A program made the position numbers and the translations under genes. Below are positions 46,492 through 55,139 of a stretch of 64,000 nucleotides of DNA, one piece after another. The stretch is from Actinomycetota bacterium (GTDB lineage Bacteria > Actinomycetota > Acidimicrobiia > Acidimicrobiales > CAIXPF01): assembly GCA_034211175.1 (NCBI GenBank), contig JAXHUH010000257.1, positions 5,964 to 69,963 on the forward strand. The letters run 5' to 3'. Positions within the stretch are counted from its first letter, which is position 1; each line of letters opens with the position of its first letter. The notes below the pieces were generated by a model. The model ran no database searches. It had not been told where the DNA came from and saw only the letters and a program-made list of their open reading frames with translations.

Positions 46492-48210
46492 ATGACGACC
46501 GCACCGCCGCCGATCGCCGAACGCCGCCGGGTCCTGGAAGCGGGGCGCACGTCGTGGGAGCCGACCACGCTCGGCCGGTTCCTGGCGACGCGGGCCGAGC
46601 GCTACGGCGACCGGCCGTTCGTCCTCGCCGACGACCGCACCCTGACCTACCGCGACGTCGACCAGTGGGCCACCGAGCTGGCCGACGGCCTGGCGGCACT
46701 CGGCGTCCGCCCCGGTGACCGGGTCGGGATCATCATGGCCAACCACCCCGAGCTGGTCCCGCTCAAGTTCGCGGTCGCCCGGGCGGGGGCGATCGCGGTC
46801 CCGTTCAACTACCTCTACAAGGCGAACGAGCTGGCCTGGGTGCTGCGCCAGTCGACGTGCAGCGTGCTCGTCACCATGTGCTCGTTCGGCGACCTCGACC
46901 ACCTCGGGATGCTCGACGAGATCGCGCCCGGGTGGGAGACGGCTGGCGGCGGGACCGCGCTCCCCGAGCTGCGCCGGGTCGTCCAGTTCCCCGCCGGCGG
47001 TCCCGCCCGGGCCGGGGTGCTCACCCTCGACGGGTTGCGTGAGCTGGGCCGGGCCGAGCCCGGCGGCGCCGACGACTCGTCACGGGGGCCCGGCGACGAC
47101 AGCGACATCGTCTACACGTCGGGCACGACCGGCTCACCGAAGGGGGTCGTGCTCACCCACGACGCCCCGATCCGGACCGCCTACGCCTCGGCCCACCATC
47201 GGGCGTTCGAGGACGGTCGCCGGATGCTGTTCTCGCTGCCCTGCTACCACATGTTCGGCTACATCGAGGGCCTGCTCGCGGTGATGCACGTCGGCGGGGC
47301 GGTGGCGCTGCGGCTCACGTTCGACCCCGCCGACCACCTCGCCGCCATCGAGCGCCACCGGGCCACCGACCTACTCGCGGTACCGACGATCACCGTCGCG
47401 CTGCTCGAGCACCCCGACCGGTTCACCCGGGATCTGTCCTCGCTGTTCGCCATCCTGTCGGCCGCCGCACCGGCGCCGCCGTGGGTGTGGGAGCGGGCCC
47501 GTGACGACCTCGGCCTCACCGAGGTGTCGACCGGCTATGGGATGACCGAGACCTCCGCGTCGATGACGTTCACGCTGCCCGACGACCCGATCGAGCGCCA
47601 GACCCAGACCGTCGGCTGCCCGAAGTTCGGAGGTGTGGCCGGGGTCGCCGAGTGGGGCGGCCGGGAGTGCCTCTACCGGACCGCCGACCCGGTGACCGGC
47701 GAGCTGCTGCCCGAGGGCGAGGTCGGCGAGCTGGTGTCGAGGGGCCCGACCCAGATGAGCCGCTACTGGGACCAGCCGGAGGAGACCGCCCGCACGATGC
47801 GCGACGGCTGGTTGTACTCGGGCGACCTCGGCTACGTCGACGACGACGGCTACCTGCGGCTCACCGGCCGCCGCAAGGAGCTGTACAAGTCGGGTGGTGA
47901 GTTGGTGATGCCCAAGGAGATCGAGGAGCTGGTCGGCGCGCTCCCGGGCGTGAGCCAGGTCTACGCCATCGGCCTGCCCGACGAGCGCTGGGGCGAGGCG
48001 GGCTGCCTGTGGATCGTGCCCGAACCGGGTGCAGAGCTCGACGAGGGCGAGATCCTCCAGGTGTGCCGGGACAACCTGGCCCAGTTCAAGGTCCCGAAGC
48101 GGGTGATCTTCTCGACCGCCGCCGAGCTGCCGACCACCCCGACCGGCAAGGTCCAGAAGTTCCTCCTCGTCGGCCAAGCTCTCGAACGGGTGGCAGCCGC
48201 GACCGGCTGA
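46492..48210 (+). CDS. Acyl-CoA synthetase (AMP-binding enzyme)
   Basis: YTSGTTGSPKG, GYGMTE, SGDLG and TGKVQK motifs. Confidence 0.95.
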   Translation: MTTAPPPIAERRRVLEAGRTSWEPTTLGRFLATRAERYGDRPFVLADDRTLTYRDVDQWATELADGLAALGVRPGDRVGIIMANHPELVPLKFAVARAGAIAVPFNYLYKANELAWVLRQSTCSVLVTMCSFGDLDHLGMLDEIAPGWETAGGGTALPELRRVVQFPAGGPARAGVLTLDGLRELGRAEPGGADDSSRGPGDDSDIVYTSGTTGSPKGVVLTHDAPIRTAYASAHHRAFEDGRRMLFSLPCYHMFGYIEGLLAVMHVGGAVALRLTFDPADHLAAIERHRATDLLAVPTITVALLEHPDRFTRDLSSLFAILSAAAPAPPWVWERARDDLGLTEVSTGYGMTETSASMTFTLPDDPIERQTQTVGCPKFGGVAGVAEWGGRECLYRTADPVTGELLPEGEVGELVSRGPTQMSRYWDQPEETARTMRDGWLYSGDLGYVDDDGYLRLTGRRKELYKSGGELVMPKEIEELVGALPGVSQVYAIGLPDERWGEAGCLWIVPEPGAELDEGEILQVCRDNLAQFKVPKRVIFSTAAELPTTPTGKVQKFLLVGQALERVAAATG

Positions 48211-48311
48211 CGAGTAGGCCGTTCGCGTGCGGCTGCACATCCCGGGGACACGCGCCTGAACCCGTATCAGGACCTGGCCGGGTCACGTCATGGGGACAGG
48301 TAGCCGACCCT

Positions 48312-48854
48312 GTGATCCTCGAGAGGTGCCCCGTGGACCCGAACGATCCCGTAACCGTCGCTGCGCTCCAACTGGTCCAGGAGTTCGGGCCCAAGGTTCT
48401 CTACCAGCGGGCGACCGGTACGACCGAGGACGCCTGGCGCGTCGGTTCGGTGGCACCGGTGACGCAGACCGATCCGAACGGCGGGGTCACGCTCGTCGAG
48501 AGCGATCTGTCATGCGAACGCGCTCCTGACGTGCTCGACCTGGGCGGGCGGGACCGCACGGGCGCCGACGGCCGGTTCGTCTGGCGGCTGAGCGACCGGT
48601 TCTGCGGGCCCAGGTCCGACGTACGTCTGCCGGTCTCGTTCGTCGCGACCCCGGCGTACCCGGCCCCGGCCAGGGATCCGTTCCCCCCGCTGCCTCCGGA
48701 TCAGGGCCCGGTCCTGCTGACGTCCGAGGTCAAGGTCCTGCCCGATGATCTCGAGGTCACCGTGACGAGCTGGGATCTCGGCGGCGACAGAGCGGCCGGG
48801 ATCCCGTTCTGCTACCGAGCGCTGATCGTGCGCAGCATCCCCTTCAGCGGCTGA
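48312..48854 (+). CDS. Hypothetical protein (start uncertain)
   Basis: Open frame with moderate GC3 bias and beta-rich C-terminus. Confidence 0.55.
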   Translation: MILERCPVDPNDPVTVAALQLVQEFGPKVLYQRATGTTEDAWRVGSVAPVTQTDPNGGVTLVESDLSCERAPDVLDLGGRDRTGADGRFVWRLSDRFCGPRSDVRLPVSFVATPAYPAPARDPFPPLPPDQGPVLLTSEVKVLPDDLEVTVTSWDLGGDRAAGIPFCYRALIVRSIPFSG

Positions 48855-48976
48855 CGGCGAGCGCCGGGCTCTCACCGCACGTCGCGATCGGCCCCACGGC
48901 CGCGGCCGACGTCGGGATTCCGGCTCAGGGCGGGATGCGCTGCGATCGGGCTCGGCGGCGCTGAAGCGGCGTCATC

Positions 48977-49002
48977 GGTGAGAACCTCCGGTGCCGGCCG
49001 TC
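48977..49002 (+). promoter_or_regulatory. Putative ECF-sigma promoter GGTGAG-N16-CGTC
   Basis: Same motif and spacing as 1549-1574. Confidence 0.4.
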
Positions 49003-49053
49003 GACGAGTCGAGACGAGCGTGGCCCGGAGGGCCGCCCCTGACGAGGAGCTGG

Positions 49054-49395
49054 ATGTTGACCCGCTACCTGATCTCGTTCGACGACGGCGCCATGACCTT
49101 CCCCGAGGAGGACCTGCCCGAGGTGGGCGAGGCCGCCCACGAGGTCCTCCGTGAGGCGAAGGCCGCCGGCGTCTGGGTCCACGGCGGCGGCGTGGACCGC
49201 CAGGTCGCGAGCATCGTGGCCACCGACGGAACGGTCACCGACGGCCCGGACCCCGAGACCAAGGCGGTCATCGGCGGCTTCTCGATCGTCGACGTGGCCT
49301 CCCGGGAGGAGGCGCTTGCGTGGGCTGCCAAGTTCGCCGCAGCTTGCCGGTGCGCCCAGGAGGTGCGCGAGATCATGGATGACCCCGAGGTCTGA
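49054..49395 (+). CDS. YCII-related protein
   Basis: AGVWVHGGG, TDGP..ETK..IGGFSIV and EVRE motifs; GAGGAG RBS. Confidence 0.9.
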   Translation: MLTRYLISFDDGAMTFPEEDLPEVGEAAHEVLREAKAAGVWVHGGGVDRQVASIVATDGTVTDGPDPETKAVIGGFSIVDVASREEALAWAAKFAAACRCAQEVREIMDDPEV

Positions 49396-50651
49396 TCGCC
49401 GGGCGGCCCTTGCTCGGCGGCGGACGTGATGCGCTGCCAAAGCGCGGCCGTCGTCGGTCGTGGATTGCGTCGGTCCGGCCGGGCGGCGGCGGACCGTTCG
49501 GCTCGGCGTCCGCGTTGGGGTGGACCGTCTCGGCTCGGCCAGCCCGAAGAGACTCGACGCCGCGCCGCGAGCGGCGTCCCATCGCTGCGACGGTGCCATG
49601 GGCCGGTGCCGGCCACGGCCTCGAGGCCGACCGCCCACCTCACCACCGGCGCCAGCTCGGGTGAGACCCGGAGAGCCGGGCGCAGCACACGCGACCGGCA
49701 TCGTGACGCGTCTCGACGCGCGTTGTCTCGAGCTCGCCAAGGTCCGGCGACGGCTGAGCCTCGCTCGCCGGCGGGCTGGCGCCCTCCGGTCGAGCTGCGT
49801 TCAGCGGCTGAGCCTCCCGCGCAGCACGGGCCGGTCCGCCGTCGGCGACCGCAGGGCGCCGCCGCCGAAGCGCCGGTCCGGCCGGCGTCGGTGACCTCCG
49901 CCGGCGGTCGCAGCCAGCGGGCCCCGAACTCGTCTGCGGGCACGGCGACCTGAGCTGCCGTCTCCGCTTCATCTGCCAGTCCGGAAGGCAAGGTGGGGAC
50001 CGTCGTGACCATGCCCGAGATCGGCTGCGACGACGTGGCAGCGGGCAGGGCCCCCACCGACCGGGCCGACGTCGAGCTCCGCGAGTCGGATGGCATCGAC
50101 GTCGCGTCACGATCGCCCGCACCATCACCCCATCGGAAGGCCCGCACCTCCCATCGCCGGCTGCCCTCGGCTACCGCCGCTCGGAGTGTCTGGCGGAGGC
50201 GGTCGTCGAGACGGCCCGTACGCAGGGACTTGCGTGCCACCCGGCTGCACCGGTCAGGAGCTGACGGCCCGGCGAACGACGTCGTCCAAAGGCCCGTGGC
50301 GCAATCGCTCAACGGTTCGGCGCCCGCGATCCGGTGGTCGTAGACCGGTGTGTCGGTGGCCTCGAGTCGTCCGGGCGAGCTGTCGTCCGCTCGCTCGGCA
50401 GGATGCGACCGAAGTCGCCAGGTCATCGCGACCGGCGTGATCGGTCCGTCCGGTTGTGAATCGCTGTCCATTGTACGACCCACCTGAATCGACGCACGCT
50501 GTCGCTCGAAGCGAACGCGTCGATCGTCAGGTGATGTGTTCGTGGCCGCACGTTCCGTAGTGAATGCAGTTGCACGGACACGCTATGTGAGGGTTGGGGA
50601 AAGTCGTGATTCCGCTCGAATCATGACGCGTGATTTGTTATGATTGGCTAC

Positions 50652-52013
50652 ATGCGGGCGGCGGAGATCATCGAGGCGGTGCAGCGTCTCGTTGTCGATG
50701 GTGATCTCGATGAGTTCGATGCTGTGGCCTGTGCGGTCGACGAACTGAAAGCGAGGCGCGCGCTGCGGTCGGTGACCGATGCCCGATTTGATCAGCTCGA
50801 CGTCGCGGTCGCGCACGCTGCGAAGACGGCAGCGGATCTGGTCGATGCTGAGCTGGGTGACGCGGCGGTGGAGCTGGCCGGGTTGCGTCGGCGGTTGGAG
50901 TCCGTCGAAGCCGGAGTGGTGGGGCGGTTCGACTCGTCGGGGCAGTGGGCGCTGTCGGGCTACCGCAGCGCAGCGACGTGGTTGGCGGACAAGTGCCGTG
51001 AGTACAAGCCGGTGGCCCAGCGGCGGGTCGGGTTGGCCCGCAAGTTGCGGGACCTGCCGGCCGCTGCTGAGGCGTTCGCTGGCGGTGAGATCACCACCGT
51101 GCATGTGGAGCGGATCGCGAAGGGTCGTTCGAAGCGGCGCGGCCCGCTGGTGGCCGAAGCGGAGGAGCTGCTGGTCGGCGCCGCTCGCGATCTGGTGTAC
51201 GACGACTTCGTCAAAGCGGTCGAGTATTTCGAGCAGCGCACCGAACCCGGCGAGGACCCGCACCCGAACCCGGGCCAGGAAGAACGTTCCTGTCACTCGT
51301 CGAAGTTGTTGGACGGCTGCGGGAAGGTCGACGCCACACTCGACGCGATCGGGTTCGCGGCGTTCGACGAAGCCTTGCGCCGTATCGAACAAGAGCTCTT
51401 CGAAGCCGACTGGGCCGCTTGTGTCGCCGAGTTCGGAACCGAGGCGGCGTCGGTCGACAAGTTGTGGCGCACTGCGTCGCAACGACGCGCCGACGCACTC
51501 GTCGAGATGGCCCACCGCGCCGAGACGGCGCCGAAGGACGGCAAGCGACCTGAGCCGCTCGTCGTGGTCCACATCGACGAGGAGACCTTCACCGAAGAGC
51601 TCAAGCGCCAGGCCGACGCGCCCTACGAGCACCCGGCCGAGGGGACGAGCGAGCTGCACGACGGCACCGTCGTCCACCCCGCCAACGCCGTGGCCGCCGC
51701 GGTCGAGGGCCACGTCCGGCGGGTCGTGTTCCGATCCCCCGGCGTGGTCATCAACTACGGGCGAGCTCAGCGACTGTTCACCGGTGCGCTGCGTCAGCTG
51801 CTCTCGATCCGGGACCGGGTCTGCGACGGGCCCGGCTGTGACATCGACGCCCGCCACTCGGAGGCGGACCACGTCCATGACTGGAACGACGGCGGCCACA
51901 CCGACGAAGCAAACGGGCGATGCCGCTGCCGGTGGCACCACCGTCACAAACACCGATTCCGGATCATCCGCGATCCGGTGACCGGGCGGACAACCTGGCA
52001 CCGCCGAACCTGA
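50652..52013 (+). CDS. DUF222 / HNH endonuclease (13E12-repeat-like) protein, probably leaderless
   Basis: QRRADAL, GRAQRLFT, RDRVCDGPGC, EADHVHDWNDGG.T...N...C.WHH motifs; TATGAT -10 seven nt before ATG. Confidence 0.92.
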   Translation: MRAAEIIEAVQRLVVDGDLDEFDAVACAVDELKARRALRSVTDARFDQLDVAVAHAAKTAADLVDAELGDAAVELAGLRRRLESVEAGVVGRFDSSGQWALSGYRSAATWLADKCREYKPVAQRRVGLARKLRDLPAAAEAFAGGEITTVHVERIAKGRSKRRGPLVAEAEELLVGAARDLVYDDFVKAVEYFEQRTEPGEDPHPNPGQEERSCHSSKLLDGCGKVDATLDAIGFAAFDEALRRIEQELFEADWAACVAEFGTEAASVDKLWRTASQRRADALVEMAHRAETAPKDGKRPEPLVVVHIDEETFTEELKRQADAPYEHPAEGTSELHDGTVVHPANAVAAAVEGHVRRVVFRSPGVVINYGRAQRLFTGALRQLLSIRDRVCDGPGCDIDARHSEADHVHDWNDGGHTDEANGRCRCRWHHRHKHRFRIIRDPVTGRTTWHRRT

Positions 52014-52093
52014 ACCCGCCCCGGCATCGCCCGGCCGAGCCCGACCACCAACGGGCTCGGCCCCACCGGCGCGCACCCGGGTAGCGTCCCGCC

Positions 52094-52588
52094 ATGGCGT
52101 CCCACGACCAGGCCCCGACCGACTGGGCCGGTGACCTGCTCGGGCGGGTGGACGAGCTGATCGACGAGTACCGGGCGTCGTTGCTCGCATGCCTCGACGG
52201 CCTCACCGACGACGAGGCCCGGATGCGCCTCGTGCCGTCGAAGACGACGCTGCTCGGCCTGGTCAAGCACGTCACGTTCGTCGAAGGCGTCTGGTTCGAC
52301 CAGGCCGTCACCGGCCGCACCTACGCCGACATCGGCATCGCCACAACACCCGACCGCTCGTTCACGGTGAACAAGACCGACACCGTCGAGAGCGTGCAGC
52401 GCGCCTACCGGGAGCGCTGCGAGCAGTCCCGCCGGACGATGGCCGACCTCGCACCGGGCGACGAGGTCGACGGCCGCGGCGCTCGGCCGGTGTGGGCGCT
52501 CAAGGTGCAGGTCCTGCGAGAACTGGCCCAGCACGCCGGCCACGCCGACATCCTGCGCGAGCAGGTCCTCGCCCGGCGCGCCATCTGA
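52094..52588 (+). CDS. DinB/DUF664 family protein
   Basis: TTLLGLVKH...E..WF and ELAQHAGHADILRE motifs. Confidence 0.92.
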   Translation: MASHDQAPTDWAGDLLGRVDELIDEYRASLLACLDGLTDDEARMRLVPSKTTLLGLVKHVTFVEGVWFDQAVTGRTYADIGIATTPDRSFTVNKTDTVESVQRAYRERCEQSRRTMADLAPGDEVDGRGARPVWALKVQVLRELAQHAGHADILREQVLARRAI

Positions 52589-52644
52589 CCCTTCGCCAGC
52601 GTCGTGCGCCGGACCCGGCGGACGAGGTGCCCTGGCCTGGGAAT

Positions 52645-52660
52645 TCGAACTCGGTTTAGA
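52645..52660 (+). promoter_or_regulatory. Putative operator TCGAACTCGGTTTAGA (site 3 of 5)
   Basis: Upstream of the second quinone oxidoreductase. Confidence 0.5.
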
Positions 52661-52752
52661 TTCGATCGGCCCGGCGGCGTCGTGCAACCTCGTGCCCACC
52701 AGCTCGGCGGGTGCGGCGGGCCGCCGGCAACCCGATCGTGGAGGCAACCGAC

Positions 52753-53724
52753 ATGCGCAGGATCGAGCTCGACGACTTCGGGCCCTTGGACACCCTGCGT
52801 GTCGCCGAGGCGCCCGATCCCGAGCCCGGCGCCGGCGACGTGGTCATCGCGGTGGAGGCGGCGGGCGTGAACTTCGTCGACGCCCTGATCGTCCAGGGCC
52901 GCTACCAGTTCAGCCCGCCGATGCCGTTCACGCCCGGGTCCGAGGTCGCCGGGCGGGTCGAGCGTGTCGGTGCCGACGTGACGGGCCTGTCGGTGGGCGA
53001 CCGGGTGCTGGCATCGACCGGGGCGGGTGGGTACGCGTCGCACGTCGTCGTGGCGGCCGCCGATGCGGTGCCGCTCCCCGAGAACCTGACCGCCGGGCAG
53101 GCGGCCGCGCTGCTGCAGAGCTACACGACGGCGCTCTACGCGTTCACCCGTCGGATCACGGTGCGGCCCGACGAGTGGGTGGCCGTGCTCGGCGCCGGTG
53201 GCGGTGTCGGGTTGGCGGCGACCGACGTGGCCTCGGCGCTCGGGGCCAAGGTGGTCGCCTGCGCGTCGACCCAGGACAAGCTGGCGTTGGCGAAGGCGGC
53301 CAGTGCGGTGGCGACGATCGCCTACGAGGACACCGACCTGAAGACCGCGATCCGCGACGCCACCGGCGGCGGCGCCGATGTCGTGGTCGACCCGGTCGGC
53401 GGCGACAAGGCCGAGCCCGCGCTACGGGCCCTGCGGTGGGACGGCCGGCTGCTGGTCATCGGCTTCGCCGGCGGCGACATCCCCCGCCTGCCCGCCAACC
53501 AGATCCTGCTCAACGGCCGCGCCGTCGTCGGCGTCGAGCTCGGCGGCTGGGTGCGACGCGACCCGGTGGGCTACCGGGCGCTGATCGGCGAGCTGATGGA
53601 CCTGATCGCCGCCGGCCGCCTCCACCCGATCGAGCCCGAGGCCCGCCCGCTCGAGGACGCCACCGAGGTCCTCGACGCCCTCCAGTCCCGCCGCCTCGCC
53701 GGCAAGGTCGTGTTGCGCCCCTGA
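52753..53724 (+). CDS. NADPH:quinone oxidoreductase (MDR family)
   Basis: GVNFVD...YQ, GAGGGVG, VDPVGG and GFAGG motifs. Confidence 0.93.
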   Translation: MRRIELDDFGPLDTLRVAEAPDPEPGAGDVVIAVEAAGVNFVDALIVQGRYQFSPPMPFTPGSEVAGRVERVGADVTGLSVGDRVLASTGAGGYASHVVVAAADAVPLPENLTAGQAAALLQSYTTALYAFTRRITVRPDEWVAVLGAGGGVGLAATDVASALGAKVVACASTQDKLALAKAASAVATIAYEDTDLKTAIRDATGGGADVVVDPVGGDKAEPALRALRWDGRLLVIGFAGGDIPRLPANQILLNGRAVVGVELGGWVRRDPVGYRALIGELMDLIAAGRLHPIEPEARPLEDATEVLDALQSRRLAGKVVLRP

Positions 53725-53854
53725 GTTTCGGGTCGCCCGGGCGGTCGTCGAACGCCTCGGCTTGTGTGCGACGGCTCGACCGGCAAGCTGCCCCCTACAC
53801 TCGGTTGCGATTCTTTCGATTTCGTCGTACGTTCCTGGCCGAGGAGGAGCAGCC

Positions 53855-54319
53855 ATGTCGACGCCCACGCTGGAACGCACCGTCCTGCCGCCGGCCGAGT
53901 CGCTGGATGCGTTGGTCGCGATCCTGTCGCGCCCGGATGCGGAGCCGACCACCACGCTGGTGGGCCCCAACGGTGAGCGGCTGGTGCTTCCCCCGGAGGT
54001 GTTCGAGGTGCTCCGGGACGTGGTGGGGGCGATGGCTCGCGGTCAGGCGGTGACGATCGCTCCGGTCCACCAACGGCTGACCACGCAGGAGGGGGCGGAA
54101 CTGCTGGGCATCAGCCGTCCGACACTGGTGAAGCTGCTCGAGTCCGGCGAGATCCCGTTCGAGCAGCCGGGCCGGCACCGTCGGGTCCGCCTGGCTGACG
54201 TGCTCGCCTACCGCGAGCGTGCTTCGGTGGAGCGTCAGGCTGCGCTCGATCGCATGGTGGAGATCGCTGACGAGGCCGACATGTACGAACGGACTGCGGA
54301 ACCCAAGCGCACTCGTTGA
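53855..54319 (+). CDS. Excisionase-like HTH (HTH_17) protein, putative antitoxin of a PIN pair
   Basis: LTTQEGAELLGISRPTLVKLLESGEIP...GRHRRV; GAGGAG RBS. Confidence 0.9.
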   Translation: MSTPTLERTVLPPAESLDALVAILSRPDAEPTTTLVGPNGERLVLPPEVFEVLRDVVGAMARGQAVTIAPVHQRLTTQEGAELLGISRPTLVKLLESGEIPFEQPGRHRRVRLADVLAYRERASVERQAALDRMVEIADEADMYERTAEPKRTR

Positions 54320-54325
54320 TCTGTC

Positions 54326-54511
54326 GTGCCGTTCTCGGTCGTGCTCGACACGTGCGTGCTGTATCCGGCGCACCTGCGCGACACGCTGCTGCGTCTCGCC
54401 GAGCGTGGTCTCTACCGGGCGCTGTGGCCGCCTGACATCGTCGACGAGCTTCGGCGGAACCTCCTGGACGACGGCTTCCAGGCAACCTCTGTCGATCATC
54501 TCCCTCTGTAG
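54326..54511 (+). pseudogene. Truncated PIN-domain toxin (first ~60 aa only)
   Basis: [23 protein letters not shown]...W...I..EL, then an early stop. Confidence 0.8.
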
Positions 54512-54618
54512 CCCGGGTGGGATCGGGTGTCGCCCGTCCGTGGATGCGAGCGTGAGTGGCGATGAGCTCGATGGCGTCGAGCGCCTCGGCACGCGCCCCA
54601 ACCGCGTACGCTTCGCGC

Positions 54619-54927
54619 ATGTCTGATGTCGCTGGGCGCTTGCTGCGAGAGCTCGTCGAAGCTCGCCGGGACGAGATCAAGGCGATCGTCGCTCGTCACC
54701 ACGGCCGATCCGTCGCGGTCTTCGGCTCGGTGGCGCGAGGCGACGAACGACCCGGCAGCGACATCGACTTCCTGGTCGAGCTCGAACCCGATGCCCGGCC
54801 GTTCGAGATCCTCTCGATCGGCGTCGAGCTCGAGGAAGCGCTCGGCGTGAAGGTCGACGTCGGAACCCCGGCTTCGCTGCGGGCGCGGCTCCGGGACGAG
54901 GTGCTCGCCGAGGCCGTGCCGCTTTGA
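54619..54927 (+). CDS. Minimal nucleotidyltransferase (MNT) antitoxin
   Basis: VFGSVARGD...SDIDFLV and LG.KVDV motifs; TACGCT -10 six nt before ATG. Confidence 0.92.
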   Translation: MSDVAGRLLRELVEARRDEIKAIVARHHGRSVAVFGSVARGDERPGSDIDFLVELEPDARPFEILSIGVELEEALGVKVDVGTPASLRARLRDEVLAEAVPL

Positions 54928-55115
54928 GCCGTCGGGACGAAGCCCGGTTGCCCGACATCGCCAATGGCGCCGCTCGGGGGCACCTGACCAGGGGCGAGTG
55001 GTGGGCCACTGTCCACGAGGCTCTCGATGCGATGACGGTCGACGAGGTCGCCGACTACCACTCCGATGTCGATCGACTCGACGGAACGCTCGCTGACGGT
55101 CTCGCTGGAGACTGA
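54924..55115 (+). pseudogene. HEPN/DUF86 N-terminal remnant joined to an unrelated short fragment
   Basis: Overlaps the MNT stop; MSRRDEARL.DI resembles the DUF86 start; no Rx4H motif. Confidence 0.5.
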
Positions 55116-55139
55116 CTTGGACTGTAGGCGGGGTGTTGG

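Noticed and set aside
49065-50483. 472-aa minus-strand ORF
   Set aside because: Overlaps YCII antisense, has a low-complexity Arg/Ser/Ala composition and no family motif; likely a GC-driven open frame
53855-54319. Excisionase as evidence of a prophage or ICE
   Set aside because: No integrase, att/tRNA site or phage genes nearby; pairing with a PIN gene indicates a TA module
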